DNA of 64,000 nucleotides from an uncultured Candidatus Binatia bacterium. GTDB taxonomy: Bacteria; Desulfobacterota; Binatia; UBA9968; JAJDTQ01. This document shows positions 42,133-61,344 of this stretch, in pieces. The notes beneath the pieces are model-generated. The model ran no database searches and was not told the DNA's origin. It saw only the letters and a program-made list of their open reading frames with translations. The stretch lies in the NCBI GenBank assembly GCA_965213675.1, contig OZ243916.1:3264001-3328000 (forward strand). The letters are read 5' to 3'. Position 1 is the first letter of the stretch; the number at the start of each line of letters is the position of its first letter. The translations under genes and the position numbers were made by a program.

Positions 42133-42162
42133 CTGGCCTTCCAGGACTATCCCACGCTGTTC

Positions 42163-42233
42163 GTATGGGGGCGATCGGCGGTCGCGCCCGCGGCACGGGT
42201 GTCCCGGAAAGGGCGACGGCCGGCCGCCCCTAC
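42163..42233. repeat. Inverted pair of GTAG-type REPs
   Basis: GTATGGGGGCGATCGGCGGTCGC ... GGGCGACGGCCGGCCGCCCCTAC. Confidence 0.55.
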
Positions 42234-42368
42234 CGGACAGGGTCCTGGGGGAAGCGGAATACGCTGGAGATCTGATGGTCGCAGGCATGAGGCGTGGGAT
42301 CGCGCGGGCTGGCCTGCGTACTGGGTTGCAATTTCATCGGTTCCGGGCTACAGTCTGTAGTTGAGTAC

Positions 42369-42445
42369 GGGGTCGTAGTTCAGCTGGTTAGAACGCCGGC
42401 CTGTCACGCCGGAGGTCGCGAGTTCGAGTCTCGTCGGCCCCGCCA
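42369..42445 (+). tRNA. tRNA-Asp(GTC)
   Basis: Anticodon arm CCGGC-CTGTCAC-GCCGG, CCA end. Confidence 0.95.
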
Positions 42446-42459
42446 GATTGGTTTCAAGC

Positions 42460-42894
42460 ATGAGCACCGTTCAGATGACAAAGGCCGAGTCTCTGGCCCA
42501 GCGTCGTTGGTACGTCGTCGACGCGGAGGGCCAGGTGCTCGGCAGGATGGCTTGTGAGATCGCCAGGGTTCTCCGTGGCAAGCACAAACCATCCTTCAGT
42601 CCCCACGCGGATGGGGGGGACTTCGTCATCGTGGTGAACGCGAAGCGCGTCAAGGTTACCGGGGCCAAGGAGACGGACAAGCGCTACTACCGGCACAGCG
42701 GTTATCCCGGCGGACTCCGGGTCAGGACGCTGTCGGAGATGCGGGAGAAGAAACCCGAAGCGGTGGTGCGCTTGGCCGTGAAGGGCATGCTTCCCAGGAA
42801 CCGGCTCGGAAAAGGGCAACTCGGCAAGCTGAAGGTGTACTCGGGCCCGGAACATCCGCATCAGGCGCAGTTGCCGATGCCTTTGACCATTTGA
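42460..42894 (+). CDS. rplM: 50S ribosomal protein L13
   Basis: [26 protein letters not shown] and VKGMLP. Confidence 0.96.
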   Translation: MSTVQMTKAESLAQRRWYVVDAEGQVLGRMACEIARVLRGKHKPSFSPHADGGDFVIVVNAKRVKVTGAKETDKRYYRHSGYPGGLRVRTLSEMREKKPEAVVRLAVKGMLPRNRLGKGQLGKLKVYSGPEHPHQAQLPMPLTI

Positions 42895-42908
42895 CAGGTT
42901 CAGCACTC

Positions 42909-43301
42909 ATGGCGGAAGATCTGTTTTACGCGACGGGCCGACGCAAGACCTCGGTCGCACGGGTTTACCTGAAGCGGGGGCAGGGCGCCATTCGCATCAA
43001 CAACCGGTTGCTCGAGGATTACTTCGGGCGCGAGACCGCGCGGATGATTGTGCACCAGCCCTTTCATGTGACCCGGACGCTGGGAGACTTCGACATCGTC
43101 GTCAACGTCAAGGGCGGTGGAAGCTCGGGCCAGGCCGGCGCCATCCGGCATGGCATCACCCGGGCGTTGATGCAGGTGGACGAGGCATACCGGACTCCGT
43201 TGAAGAAGGCCGGCTACGTGACGCGTGACCCCCGCGCCGTCGAGCGGAAGAAATACGGCAGGCACAAGGCGCGCAAGCGGCCGCAGTTCTCCAAGCGCTG
43301 A
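42909..43301 (+). CDS. rpsI: 30S ribosomal protein S9
   Basis: [26 protein letters not shown] and RPQFSKR. Confidence 0.97.
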   Translation: MAEDLFYATGRRKTSVARVYLKRGQGAIRINNRLLEDYFGRETARMIVHQPFHVTRTLGDFDIVVNVKGGGSSGQAGAIRHGITRALMQVDEAYRTPLKKAGYVTRDPRAVERKKYGRHKARKRPQFSKR

Positions 43302-43306
43302 TCCGT

Positions 43307-44419
43307 CTACTCGGATCCAGCGTAGAGAAACAGGCCTGCGGCGCCCATCACCATGTTGGGCAACCAGGCCGCCACCCAGGGCTGAATCGCCCCCGCCCTT
43401 CCCAGAGAGACACAGAATCCCAAGAGGACCCAGTACGTGAAGCCGATGGCCACGCTGAATGCGAGGTTCACGGCGATGCCGTCCTTGCGCCCGGGTCGCA
43501 CGGCAATGGCCATGGCCATCAGGATGGTGATGGGGATTGCCAGTGGAACCGCCACCTTGGTGTGCAGGTTCACCGTATCACGCACGGTGTCGACTCCCTT
43601 TCTGCGCAGGTTCCGAATCCGTTCCTTCAACTCGGTGTAACTGAACTCGGTGGGCGAGCGTGCGAAGATGCGAAACTCGTCGGGCCGTTCCGTCAGGGGC
43701 AGCTTGCCACCGAGAGAATGCCTCTCAACGGTACCGTCGTCGAGGAACCGCCACTCCGCCCCTCCCTCCGGGACCCACCGGCTCCCATCCCATAACGCCG
43801 CGGGGGATTCGATCAGTCCCGCGAGGGTGAACCGCGGCGTCGTCCGGTAGATGGACAATCCGCGCAGCCTCCCCGCCTCCGTGTCGAAGTCGTCGGCCCG
43901 TATGAAGGCGTTGCCGCTGCGGAGCCAGATCTGCTTGTCGTGGAACACCGACCGGGGCTGGGCTTGCCGCACCTGCACGTCGTAGACGAACTTGGCCTGG
44001 CGGGTGGCCAGCGGCACCGCGCTCTCGTTCCAGACGAACGTTGCGGCGCTGATGGCCAGGCTGGCCAGGACCAGAGGAACGGCGATCCGGCGCAGGCTGA
44101 CGCCGCATGCTCCCATGGCGGTCAGTTCGTTCTGGCGCGCCAGTGCGCCCAGGCTCAGGAAGGCCGCGAACAGCACGGCGAAGCCGATGCTCCGGGATAT
44201 CAGCAGGGGCAGCCGGTAGAGGAAGAACTGAACGGCGTTGGACAAGGTCGCGCCGTCACCCATGAGGTTGTCGACGCGCCCGAACACGTCACTCATCAGA
44301 TGCAACAGTACGACCACGAGCAACGTCGCGCAGAATGCGCCCGTGAATCTGCGCAGCAGATAGATGTCGAGTGCGCTCCCGAGCGCTGGAGCCGACAGGC
44401 GGCGCGTGATGAAAATCAT
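43307..44419 (-). CDS. lptG: LPS export permease LptG
   Basis: LDIYLLRRF, NELTAMGACGVSLRRI and AAWLPN; paired with lptF. Confidence 0.85.
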   Translation of the reverse strand: MIFITRRLSAPALGSALDIYLLRRFTGAFCATLLVVVLLHLMSDVFGRVDNLMGDGATLSNAVQFFLYRLPLLISRSIGFAVLFAAFLSLGALARQNELTAMGACGVSLRRIAVPLVLASLAISAATFVWNESAVPLATRQAKFVYDVQVRQAQPRSVFHDKQIWLRSGNAFIRADDFDTEAGRLRGLSIYRTTPRFTLAGLIESPAALWDGSRWVPEGGAEWRFLDDGTVERHSLGGKLPLTERPDEFRIFARSPTEFSYTELKERIRNLRRKGVDTVRDTVNLHTKVAVPLAIPITILMAMAIAVRPGRKDGIAVNLAFSVAIGFTYWVLLGFCVSLGRAGAIQPWVAAWLPNMVMGAAGLFLYAGSE

Positions 44420-44436
44420 GGGATTCTGCGTTCTAG

Positions 44437-44591
44437 GAGCCTGTCGGGTTTATCGAATCGTAGCGAGAGGTAGAGAAAGGCCAGTTTCGGGTGGATTTGA
44501 GGAGAATATTGGTAACATTGGACGAAAATCCAACCGGAAATGGACCCATTTCGCTGCCTCGCAGTAGATTCTTGATAAACCCGACAGGCTC
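44437..44591 (+). mobile_element. Family-2 hairpin MITE-like element, 155 bp
   Basis: CTAG-GAGCCTGTCGGGTTTATC...GATAAACCCGACAGGCTC; perfect 18-nt terminal inverted repeats. Confidence 0.85.
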
Positions 44592-44594
44592 ATG

Positions 44595-44753
44595 GTGTCG
44601 TGTCCCGTAAATTACTGCGATAAGTCGCTGGTCTATTTCGCCGTTGGCTGCGTGGCTCTTCCTCGCGTGGCGCCCGCCACTGATCGTCATCGGGCCTTGC
44701 CGGCAACAAAGAATCCTGCGCAACTTATCGCACGAATTTACAGGACGCGACAC
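44595..44753 (-). mobile_element. Family-1 hairpin MITE-like element, 159 bp, at the lptF stop codon
   Basis: GTGTCGTGTCCCGTAAATT...AATTTACAGGACGCGACAC-TA. Confidence 0.85.
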
Positions 44754-45940
44754 TATGAGTTCCTGCGCCGGGCCGCCACGCCCTGACTCTCCCCGCGAAG
44801 CCCGGCCGCCGTGCCGACGTTGAACGGCGACGGCGAATCCATCAGTGTTCGGATGAACAGCCAGACCGCAATGCCCCCCACCACGAGGTTGGGAAGCCAC
44901 AACGCCAGCGCGGCCGGAATCTTCCCATTTTCCCCCAGGGCGGCGCCCACGGCGAACAGAGCGTAGTAGGCGAACAGCCAAGTGATGCACGCCGCTACGC
45001 CGTGGAAACGCCCGGCGGGCGAACGGCTGGGCGCGAGCACAATGGCAAGACCCAGGACGGCGAAGATCAGCGGCGCGAACGGGAAGGCGAAGCGCCGGTG
45101 CAGTTCCATCACTTCGGGAATGGCGCCGGTGTCCAGCGCCGACTTCGCGCGGATCGCTTCACGAAGGCTCCGCATGGACATCTCCTCGGGTTTCCCGGAT
45201 TCGTCGTCCAGCGCCGGCAAGTGATCGAGTTCCAGATTCAGGTTGTAGACATTGAACGAGGTCTGGCTGAAGTGCGACCGGTCATGCCGCCGTTCATGGA
45301 CCATGCCGTCGTACAGCCGCAGGCCGATGGAGTTGGCGGCGTTGTTGGAATGTAGCAGCGCCACCCGTCCGATGATAAGATGCTCCGCGTCCGGATCCCT
45401 TTGATCGACGATCAGGATACCCTGGAAGGTATGGCCTGGAGGTACAATCCGGTCGACGTAGATCAGCACGTTGGGGACGAGGTCGTTGAACACCTTCTCT
45501 CTGAGCAGGGACCCGGCGCGGTTCCTGGCCACGGCGTAAAGCTCGTTCTTGACGGCGAGGTTGGCGGCCGGGCGGACGACGACGGACAATCCGAGGGTGA
45601 GCAGGGAAACGATGAAGCCCAGCAGCAGAACGGGCGCCAGGAAGTGAACCGGCCCGACGCCGCATGCCTTGAACGCCAGGGTTTCGTTGTCGCGCGCAAG
45701 CCGGCCGCAACCGTACAGTACCCCCAGGAGGAAGGCCATGGGCATCGTCGTTTCCAGCAGCGTCGGCAGGATCAGCGCGAACAGCTTCGCGATCTGCTCC
45801 GGGGCCGCGCCGCGGCTGACCACCAGCTCGATGAGCCGGGTGATACGACCGGCAAGGAAAATGAGCGTAAAGGCGAGGAGGCCGACCAGGAAGGGCGGGA
45901 TGATCTGACCGGTCACATAGGCGCTCAGGGTCCGATGCAC
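44753..45940 (-). CDS. lptF: LPS export permease LptF
   Basis: GRLARDNETLAFKACGV, ELHRRFAFPFA and ALWLPN. Confidence 0.85.
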   Translation of the reverse strand: MHRTLSAYVTGQIIPPFLVGLLAFTLIFLAGRITRLIELVVSRGAAPEQIAKLFALILPTLLETTMPMAFLLGVLYGCGRLARDNETLAFKACGVGPVHFLAPVLLLGFIVSLLTLGLSVVVRPAANLAVKNELYAVARNRAGSLLREKVFNDLVPNVLIYVDRIVPPGHTFQGILIVDQRDPDAEHLIIGRVALLHSNNAANSIGLRLYDGMVHERRHDRSHFSQTSFNVYNLNLELDHLPALDDESGKPEEMSMRSLREAIRAKSALDTGAIPEVMELHRRFAFPFAPLIFAVLGLAIVLAPSRSPAGRFHGVAACITWLFAYYALFAVGAALGENGKIPAALALWLPNLVVGGIAVWLFIRTLMDSPSPFNVGTAAGLRGESQGVAARRRNS

Positions 45941-45963
45941 AGGGGCAATGGTAGCTTTCTTTG

Positions 45964-46788
45964 ATGAATTCCACAACGCGGAATCCGCCGGACGGTGAGC
46001 CACCGGACCGGGCGCTCATCTACGGGATCCATCCGGTTCTGGAGAAGCTTCGAGCGGCCCCGGGCGACATCCTCGAAGTCCTCATGGTCGCGGGCCGCCG
46101 TGGTCCCGCGTTGCGGCGCGTGGAGCAGGCGGTTCGCCGGGAAGGCTGCCGTGTGAACGAGATGGAGGGACGGGCGCTGGACGCCCTGACCGGCGGCGGC
46201 CGGCACCAGGGTGTCGCCGTCCGTGCCGCCCCGTTCGCCTACGGGAACTTCAACGACCTGGTGTCCGCCCCGGCGGACACCACCGCGGACTGCGTCCTCT
46301 TCCTCGACGGCGTCGTCGATCCGCGCAACCTGGGGAGCATCCTCCGCACGGCCGAGGCGGCCGGGGTGCGCCGTGTCGTCCTGCCCAAGGACCGCGCCGC
46401 GGCGGTCACCGGCGCCGTGATCAAGGTGTCGGCCGGCGCCGCGCATCATCTTGAAGTCTATCGCGTCCCCAACCTCTTGCGCGCGCTCGCCTCCCTGCGC
46501 GAGCGGGGCTTCTGGGTGGCGGGACTCGATGCGCGCGCCCGGACCCGCGTCTGGGAGCAGGATTATCCGGCGCGGCTGGCCGTGGTGCTGGGGGGTGAGG
46601 AGCGGGGCCTGAGGCCGCTGATCCGGCGCGGGTGCGACTACCTGGTCTCCATCCCCATGGATGGGCGGGTGGGATCGTTGAACGTGGGCGTGGCATGGGG
46701 TATGTTCGCCTACGAGGTCATGCGTCAACGAACCCGCGCAACCTCGCCGCAGTCTCGTGGACGCCAACCCCTTGAAGCGTCCCCATGA
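45964..46788 (+). CDS. rlmB: 23S rRNA Gm2251 methyltransferase RlmB (SpoU family)
   Basis: IYGIHPV, HQGVA, LDGVVDPRNLGSILRTA, GGEERGL and SLNVGVA. Confidence 0.9.
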   Translation: MNSTTRNPPDGEPPDRALIYGIHPVLEKLRAAPGDILEVLMVAGRRGPALRRVEQAVRREGCRVNEMEGRALDALTGGGRHQGVAVRAAPFAYGNFNDLVSAPADTTADCVLFLDGVVDPRNLGSILRTAEAAGVRRVVLPKDRAAAVTGAVIKVSAGAAHHLEVYRVPNLLRALASLRERGFWVAGLDARARTRVWEQDYPARLAVVLGGEERGLRPLIRRGCDYLVSIPMDGRVGSLNVGVAWGMFAYEVMRQRTRATSPQSRGRQPLEASP

Positions 46789-46960
46789 CGCATGCCCATT
46801 GACAGCGAGCCCATTGACATTTTCCCCTCCAGGTGCTTTATATCTTTAAGGTGTCTCCCTACCCTGTTTTCCGAAAGAGGGGCAGGGCAGGTGTGGCTTT
46901 TTGGTAGGTGCGGCTTTTTCTTTCTTCGTTCTCGCGTGCGTGACGGTGACGGACGGTTCC

Positions 46961-47035
46961 GCTGGCGTAGCTCAACGGTAGAGCAGCTGATTTGTAATCA
47001 GCAGGTTGTAGGTTCAAATCCTATCGCCAGCTCCA
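46961..47035 (+). tRNA. tRNA-Thr(TGT)
   Basis: Anticodon arm GCTGA-TTTGTAA-TCAGC, CCA end. Confidence 0.95.
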
Positions 47036-47112
47036 AGCGAGCCATGTGAGCGAACTTGCTGAATCGAGCCTGCCGAGGTCTGGTCCGCGCGGTGTATTCC
47101 GGGGTGAAATGA

Positions 47113-47198
47113 GGAGAGGTTCCCGAGTGGACAAAGGGAGCAGACTGTAAATCTGCCGCCGATCGGCTTCGGAGGTTCGAATCCTCCCCTCTCCACCA
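47113..47198 (+). tRNA. tRNA-Tyr(GTA)
   Basis: Anticodon arm GCAGA-CTGTAAA-TCTGC, long variable arm, CCA end. Confidence 0.95.
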
Positions 47199-47266
47199 AC
47201 ATTTGCCACTGTCCTGTCTGGTTGACGGGACGCGAGTCTGGACTCCGGAGCGACGGAGTCGGTTGC

Positions 47267-47343
47267 GCGGGAATAGCTCAGTTGGCTAGAGCACGAGCCT
47301 TCCAAGCTCGGGGTCGCGGGTTCGAATCCCGTTTCCCGCTCCA
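47267..47343 (+). tRNA. tRNA-Gly(TCC)
   Basis: Anticodon arm CGAGC-CTTCCAA-GCTCG, CCA end. Confidence 0.95.
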
Positions 47344-47346
47344 TAT

Positions 47347-47419
47347 GCCCAGGTAGCTCAGTAGGTAGAGCACGTCCTTGGTAAGGACGAGGTCGGCGGT
47401 TCAAGCCCGCTCCTGGGCT
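47347..47419 (+). tRNA. tRNA-Thr(GGT)
   Basis: Anticodon loop TT-GGT-AA; CCA not encoded. Confidence 0.95.
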
Positions 47420-47472
47420 TTGCCTGTATACGAGAATTTGAAACAGAGATTGTGTTGCCACAGGAGGAGAAG

Positions 47473-48663
<1,191 letters not shown>

Positions 48664-48678
48664 CCGGAGGCTGGAACG

Positions 48679-48831
48679 ATGCGTGACTTGGTAGGACTCG
48701 CCTGTGACCGTTGCAAACGCAAGAACTACACGACCACCAAGAACAAGAAGCGAACCACGGACAAGCTCGAGTTCAAGAAGTTCTGCGGGAGTTGTCGCAG
48801 TCACACGATGCACAAGGAAATCCGGGTCTGA
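48679..48831 (+). CDS. rpmG: 50S ribosomal protein L33, zinc-binding C+ form (not in the ORF track)
   Basis: MRDLVGLACDRCKRKNYTTTKNKKRTTDKLEFKKFCGSCRSHTMHKEIRV. Confidence 0.95.
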   Translation: MRDLVGLACDRCKRKNYTTTKNKKRTTDKLEFKKFCGSCRSHTMHKEIRV

Positions 48832-48843
48832 ACCAACAGGATC

Positions 48844-48920
48844 GGGTCAGTAGCTCCAATTGGTAGAGCACCGGACTCCAAATCCGGCTGTTGCAGGTTC
48901 GAGTCCTGCCTGACCCGCCA
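48844..48920 (+). tRNA. tRNA-Trp(CCA)
   Basis: Anticodon arm CCGGA-CTCCAAA-TCCGG, CCA end. Confidence 0.95.
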
Positions 48921-48934
48921 GTTCTTGGCTGCCG

Positions 48935-49147
48935 ATGGAAAAACTGACCGATTCGTTCGCCTCTGTAGGGAGGCTGACAGACTTCGTGCGCGAGGCTTGG
49001 CAGGAGCTGAAGCGGGTCCATTGGCCGACGCGGCGGGAGACCTACACTGCCACGGGCGTCGTTGTGCTGGTGGTGATTTTCTTCGCCATCTACTTGGGGC
49101 TGGTGGACTTCCTGCTCTCGTACATGCGGCAATGGCTGATGCGTTGA
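48935..49147 (+). CDS. secE: Preprotein translocase subunit SecE
   Basis: ELKRVHWPTRRET plus one TM segment; canonical position. Confidence 0.93.
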   Translation: MEKLTDSFASVGRLTDFVREAWQELKRVHWPTRRETYTATGVVVLVVIFFAIYLGLVDFLLSYMRQWLMR

Positions 49148-49191
49148 GATCAGGCGCAGGGTAGAGACGGGAAGCCGGATAGCGATCGCCC

Positions 49192-49725
49192 ATGGCAAAA
49201 AACTGGTACGTCGTCCACACGTTCGCCGGGTTCGAGCAAAAGGCCAAGGCCGCCTTGGAAGAACGCATCAAGGCGCTCAGTGTCCACGAGGATTCCTTCG
49301 GCGACATCCTGGTCCCGGCCGAGAAGGTCGTCGAACTGGTGAAGGGCAAGAAGCGGACATCTTCCAGGAAGTTCTTTCCGGGATACATCCTGGTACACAT
49401 GGAAATGAACGACCAGACTTGGCACGTGGTCAAGTCCACGCCCAAGGTCACGGGGTTCGTCGGCGGTAGCACGGAGCCTCCCTGGGTCAGCGAGGAGGAG
49501 GTCCGGAAAATCACCCAGCAGATGGAGGAAGGGGCCGTGCGCCCGCGGCCGCGGGTGGTCTTCACCGTGGGCGAGAGCGTGAAGGTCATTGACGGGCCTT
49601 TCTCCGAGTTCAACGGCGTGGTCGAGGAAGTCAAGCCGGACAAGGGCAAGCTGCGGGTGCTGATCAGCATCTTCGGGCGGGCGACTCCGGTGGAGTTGGA
49701 TTTCATTCAGGTGGAGCGGAGCTAG
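49192..49725 (+). CDS. nusG: Transcription factor NusG
   Basis: WYVVHT, FFPGYILV, KOW VIDGPFSEFNG and IFGRATPVEL. Confidence 0.97.
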   Translation: MAKNWYVVHTFAGFEQKAKAALEERIKALSVHEDSFGDILVPAEKVVELVKGKKRTSSRKFFPGYILVHMEMNDQTWHVVKSTPKVTGFVGGSTEPPWVSEEEVRKITQQMEEGAVRPRPRVVFTVGESVKVIDGPFSEFNGVVEEVKPDKGKLRVLISIFGRATPVELDFIQVERS

Positions 49726-49765
49726 CTGACGGGTTTCGCGCCGGCAGTCGTAAGGAGTTGTGGCC

Positions 49766-50188
49766 ATGGCCAAGAAGGTGATCGGCGAGATCAAGTTGCA
49801 AATTCCCGCCGGGCAGGCCAACCCGAGTCCCCCGGTGGGACCGGCGTTGGGCCAGCGGGGCGTGAACATCATGGAGTTCTGCAAGGCCTTCAACGCCGCC
49901 ACGCAGAATCAGCCCGGGATGATCATTCCGGTCATCATCACGGTTTACGCCGACCGCACCTTCAGCTTCATCACCAAGACGCCGCCGGCCGCCGTGTTGC
50001 TGAAGAAGGCCGCGGGCCTGGAGAAGGGAGCCGGAGAGCCCGGCAAGGAGACGAAGGGCGAAGTGACCATGGCGCAGGTGCGGGAGATTGCCGAGATGAA
50101 GATGCCCGATCTGACCAGCGCCAGCATCGAGGCCGCGATGAAGACCGTCGAGGGCACGGCCAGGAGTCTCGGGCTCAAGGTCGTGTGA
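49766..50188 (+). CDS. rplK: 50S ribosomal protein L11
   Basis: [26 protein letters not shown]. Confidence 0.97.
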   Translation: MAKKVIGEIKLQIPAGQANPSPPVGPALGQRGVNIMEFCKAFNAATQNQPGMIIPVIITVYADRTFSFITKTPPAAVLLKKAAGLEKGAGEPGKETKGEVTMAQVREIAEMKMPDLTSASIEAAMKTVEGTARSLGLKVV

Positions 50189-50205
50189 TCGGTCTGGGGA
50201 GCGTC

Positions 50206-50910
50206 ATGAAAGCGAAGGGCAAGAAATACAAGGGCGCCGCCGACAAGGTGGACCACGCGCGCAAGTATGCGCTGGACGAGGGGATCCGGGTCGTCAAGGA
50301 GACCGCCACCGCGAAATTCGACGAGACGGTGGAGTTGTCCGTGCGGCTCGGGGTCGATCCGCGGCGCGCCGACCAGAACATTCGCGGCGCCGTGGGACTG
50401 CCCCACGGGCTCGGCAAGCCGGTGCGCGTGCTGGCCTTCGCCAGGGGCGAGAAGGAACGGGAAGCGCAGGAGGCGGGCGCCGAGTTTGTCGGCAACGATG
50501 ACCTGATCAAGAAGATCACCGAGGGGTGGCTGGACTTCGACAAGGTCGTGGCCACGCCCGACATGATGGGCTCGGTGGGCCGCATCGGCAAGATTCTGGG
50601 GCCGCGCGGACTCATGCCCAATCCGCGCTCGGGCACCGTCGCCATGGAGATCGGCAAGGCGGTGACGGAGATCAAGGCCGGCCGTCTCGAATACCGGGTG
50701 GACAAGGCGGGCATCGTCCATCTGCCCATCGGCAAGGTATCGTTCGAAGCCGAAGCGCTGCTGGACAATGCCAGGGCTGTCGTGGGGGCGCTGGTCCGGG
50801 CCAAGCCCGCGGCGGCCAAGGGCACCTACATCAAGAGCGTGGCCGTGGCCGCGACCATGGGACCGGGGGTCAAGATCGACCCCACGGAAGTTCGCACCAT
50901 GGCGGTCTGA
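50206..50910 (+). CDS. rplA: 50S ribosomal protein L1
   Basis: [15 protein letters not shown] and [10 protein letters not shown]. Confidence 0.97.
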   Translation: MKAKGKKYKGAADKVDHARKYALDEGIRVVKETATAKFDETVELSVRLGVDPRRADQNIRGAVGLPHGLGKPVRVLAFARGEKEREAQEAGAEFVGNDDLIKKITEGWLDFDKVVATPDMMGSVGRIGKILGPRGLMPNPRSGTVAMEIGKAVTEIKAGRLEYRVDKAGIVHLPIGKVSFEAEALLDNARAVVGALVRAKPAAAKGTYIKSVAVAATMGPGVKIDPTEVRTMAV

Positions 50911-50929
50911 CCGGCGATTGGAGAACAGC

Positions 50930-51445
50930 GTGGCTCGAGAGGAAAAAACGGCAGTCGTCGGGGCGTTTCAGGAAAAGTTCAGGAACGCCACCATGGCGGT
51001 GGTGACCGACTATCGCGGGTTGTCGGTGGGCAAGATGACGCAGCTCCGCAGAGGCGTCCGGGAGGCGGCGGGAGAGTACAAGGTCGCCAAGAACAACCTG
51101 GTGCGGCTGGCGATCCGGGACACGGCATACCAGGCACTCGAGGATCTCCTGACCGGTCCCAACGGCTGGGTGTTCGCCTACGACGATCCGGTGAACCTGT
51201 CGAAGGCATTGGTCAAGTTCGCCGAGGGCAATGAAGCGCTGACCATCAAGGGCGCGGTCCTCGATGGGGCCTGGCTCGAGCCGGCGCAGATCAAGAGTCT
51301 GGCCACGCTGCCGAGCCTGCCGGAGTTGCAGGCGCAGTTGCTCTCGCTGATTCAGGCGCCGGCGAGCCGGCTGTTGCGCACGATCCAGGAGCCGGGAAGC
51401 CAACTGGTCCGTCTTCTCGACGCGCTCAAGGAGAGGCAGGAGTAG
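50930..51445 (+). CDS. rplJ: 50S ribosomal protein L10
   Basis: DYRGLSV, YKVAKNNL and LATLPS. Confidence 0.95.
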   Translation: MAREEKTAVVGAFQEKFRNATMAVVTDYRGLSVGKMTQLRRGVREAAGEYKVAKNNLVRLAIRDTAYQALEDLLTGPNGWVFAYDDPVNLSKALVKFAEGNEALTIKGAVLDGAWLEPAQIKSLATLPSLPELQAQLLSLIQAPASRLLRTIQEPGSQLVRLLDALKERQE

Positions 51446-51535
51446 GAGTCTGTCGGATCGGCGGGCCGGCACGACGGCGGCAACGGGGTTTCCAGGAAAA
51501 CCGTAGACAATGACAGTAGAAGGGGGAGCGCACCA

Positions 51536-51907
51536 ATGGAAGTGAATCGGGAGCAAGTCAAGGACTTCATCAAGAACATGTCTTTGATGGAGGCCGCGAA
51601 TCTGGTCAAGGAGTTGGAGGAGGAACTCGGGGTGAGCGCGGCGGCTCCCGTGGCCATGGCCGCGGCGCCGGCGGCGGCCGCGGAAGTCGAGGAGAAGACC
51701 GAGTTCGACGCGGTGTTGACCGGTTCCGGTGAGAAGAAGATCCAGGTCATCAAGGTGGTCCGGGAAATCACCAGCCTCGGACTCAAGGAAGCCAAGGACC
51801 TCGTGGACGGGGCGCCCAAGAACGTCAAGGAAGGCGTGTCCAAGGACGAGGCCGAGGAAATCAAGAAGAAGATCGAGGAGGTCGGAGGCAGCGTCGAGAT
51901 AAAGTAG
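51536..51907 (+). CDS. rplL: 50S ribosomal protein L7/L12
   Basis: [10 protein letters not shown] and [23 protein letters not shown]. Confidence 0.97.
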   Translation: MEVNREQVKDFIKNMSLMEAANLVKELEEELGVSAAAPVAMAAAPAAAAEVEEKTEFDAVLTGSGEKKIQVIKVVREITSLGLKEAKDLVDGAPKNVKEGVSKDEAEEIKKKIEEVGGSVEIK

Positions 51908-52062
51908 GGGCGGCCAGCGGTCGCCCATCCGGCGGGGTTGGGGCGACCATGGTCGCCTTTGTCCGGCAGGGGCCGAGTCGCGGCCCCCTTGGTCCTGCGG
52001 GGTTTGGGGGCGATTCGCGGGCACCTTGGGCAGAGTAGGGGCGGCTGGCGGTCGCCCTGTAC
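51904..52062. repeat. Cluster of three GTAG-type REPs between rplL and rpoB
   Basis: GTAGGGGCGGCCAGCGGTCGCCC, GGGGCGACCATGGTCGCC and GTAGGGGCGGCTGGCGGTCGCCCTGTAC. Confidence 0.7.
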
Positions 52063-52110
52063 GGCGGCAAGCGCCGGGCGTCAGGTTCAGGATCGAACGA
52101 AGGGGGTGCC

Positions 52111-56205
<4,095 letters not shown>

Positions 56206-56214
56206 GGAGGCGTC

Positions 56215-60342
<4,128 letters not shown>

Positions 60343-60345
60343 TAG

Positions 60346-60374
60346 TTGACAAATTGCGGAAGTTCCGATAAAAA
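60346..60374 (+). promoter_or_regulatory. Putative sigma-70 promoter of the str operon
   Basis: TTGACA-N17-TAAAAA immediately after the rpoC stop. Confidence 0.55.
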
Positions 60375-60416
60375 TGGCGGTTTGTTGAATTGACGGAACC
60401 GCCACGGGAAACGTGT

Positions 60417-60788
60417 ATGCCTACGATCAATCAGTTGGTGCGCAAGGGGCGCGAGATTCAGAGAAAGAAGAATACAGCGCCGGCGCTGCAGGGTTGCCCG
60501 CAGAAGCGGGGCGTGTGTACACGCGTGTACACTTCGACACCCAAGAAGCCCAACTCGGCGCTGCGCAAGGTCGCGCGCGTGCGCTTGACCAATGGCACCG
60601 AGGTGACCTCCTACATTCCGGGCATGGGGCACAACCTTCAGGAGCACTCCGTGGTGCTGATCCGGGGCGGCCGGGTGAAGGACCTTCCGGGTGTGCGTTA
60701 CCACATCATCCGCGGCGCGCTGGACTCCATCGGCGTTCAGGAACGCCGTCAGGGCCGCTCCAAATACGGAGCCAAGAGGCCGAAGTAG
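60417..60788 (+). CDS. rpsL: 30S ribosomal protein S12
   Basis: [21 protein letters not shown] and [12 protein letters not shown]. Confidence 0.98.
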   Translation: MPTINQLVRKGREIQRKKNTAPALQGCPQKRGVCTRVYTSTPKKPNSALRKVARVRLTNGTEVTSYIPGMGHNLQEHSVVLIRGGRVKDLPGVRYHIIRGALDSIGVQERRQGRSKYGAKRPK

Positions 60789-60791
60789 GAC

Positions 60792-61262
60792 ATGCCGCGC
60801 AAGGGTGAAATAAAGCGAAGAGAGCTGCTGCCCGATCCCAAGTACGGGGACAAGCTCGTCACCAGGTTCATCAACAACATGATGAACCGTGGCAAGAAGA
60901 GCACCGCCGAGAGCATCCTGTACCGTTCGCTGGACATTATCGCGGACAAGGCCAAGACCGAGCCGCTGGGAGTGTTCAAGCGGGCCGTGGACAATACCAA
61001 ACCGATGGTGGAAGTCCGGTCCCGGCGGGTGGGCGGCGCAACCTACCAGGTTCCGGTGGAAGTGCGTCCGGACCGGCGGCTGTCCCTCAGCCTGCGCTGG
61101 CTCATCGGCTCCGCCAGGTCCAGGAGCGAAAAGTCCATGGACGAGAAGCTCGCCGCGGAGTTGATGGACGCAGCCAACCAGCGTGGGAACGCCGTCAAGA
61201 AGAAGGAAGACACGCACAGGATGGCGGAGGCGAACCGCGCCTTTGCCCATTACCGCTGGTAG
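60792..61262 (+). CDS. rpsG: 30S ribosomal protein S7
   Basis: [11 protein letters not shown] and [12 protein letters not shown]. Confidence 0.98.
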   Translation: MPRKGEIKRRELLPDPKYGDKLVTRFINNMMNRGKKSTAESILYRSLDIIADKAKTEPLGVFKRAVDNTKPMVEVRSRRVGGATYQVPVEVRPDRRLSLSLRWLIGSARSRSEKSMDEKLAAELMDAANQRGNAVKKKEDTHRMAEANRAFAHYRW

Positions 61263-61286
61263 CCACCAGAACAAACATCATCCACT

Positions 61287-61317
61287 AAAGGAGGCGGTTG
61301 AACCGCCTCCTTTTTTT
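61287..61317 (+). terminator. Intrinsic terminator-like hairpin between rpsG and fusA
   Basis: AAAGGAGGCGG-TTGAA-CCGCCTCC followed by T7. Confidence 0.7.
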
Positions 61318-61344
61318 GCCGTCGCCAAGAAGACGCCTACGACC

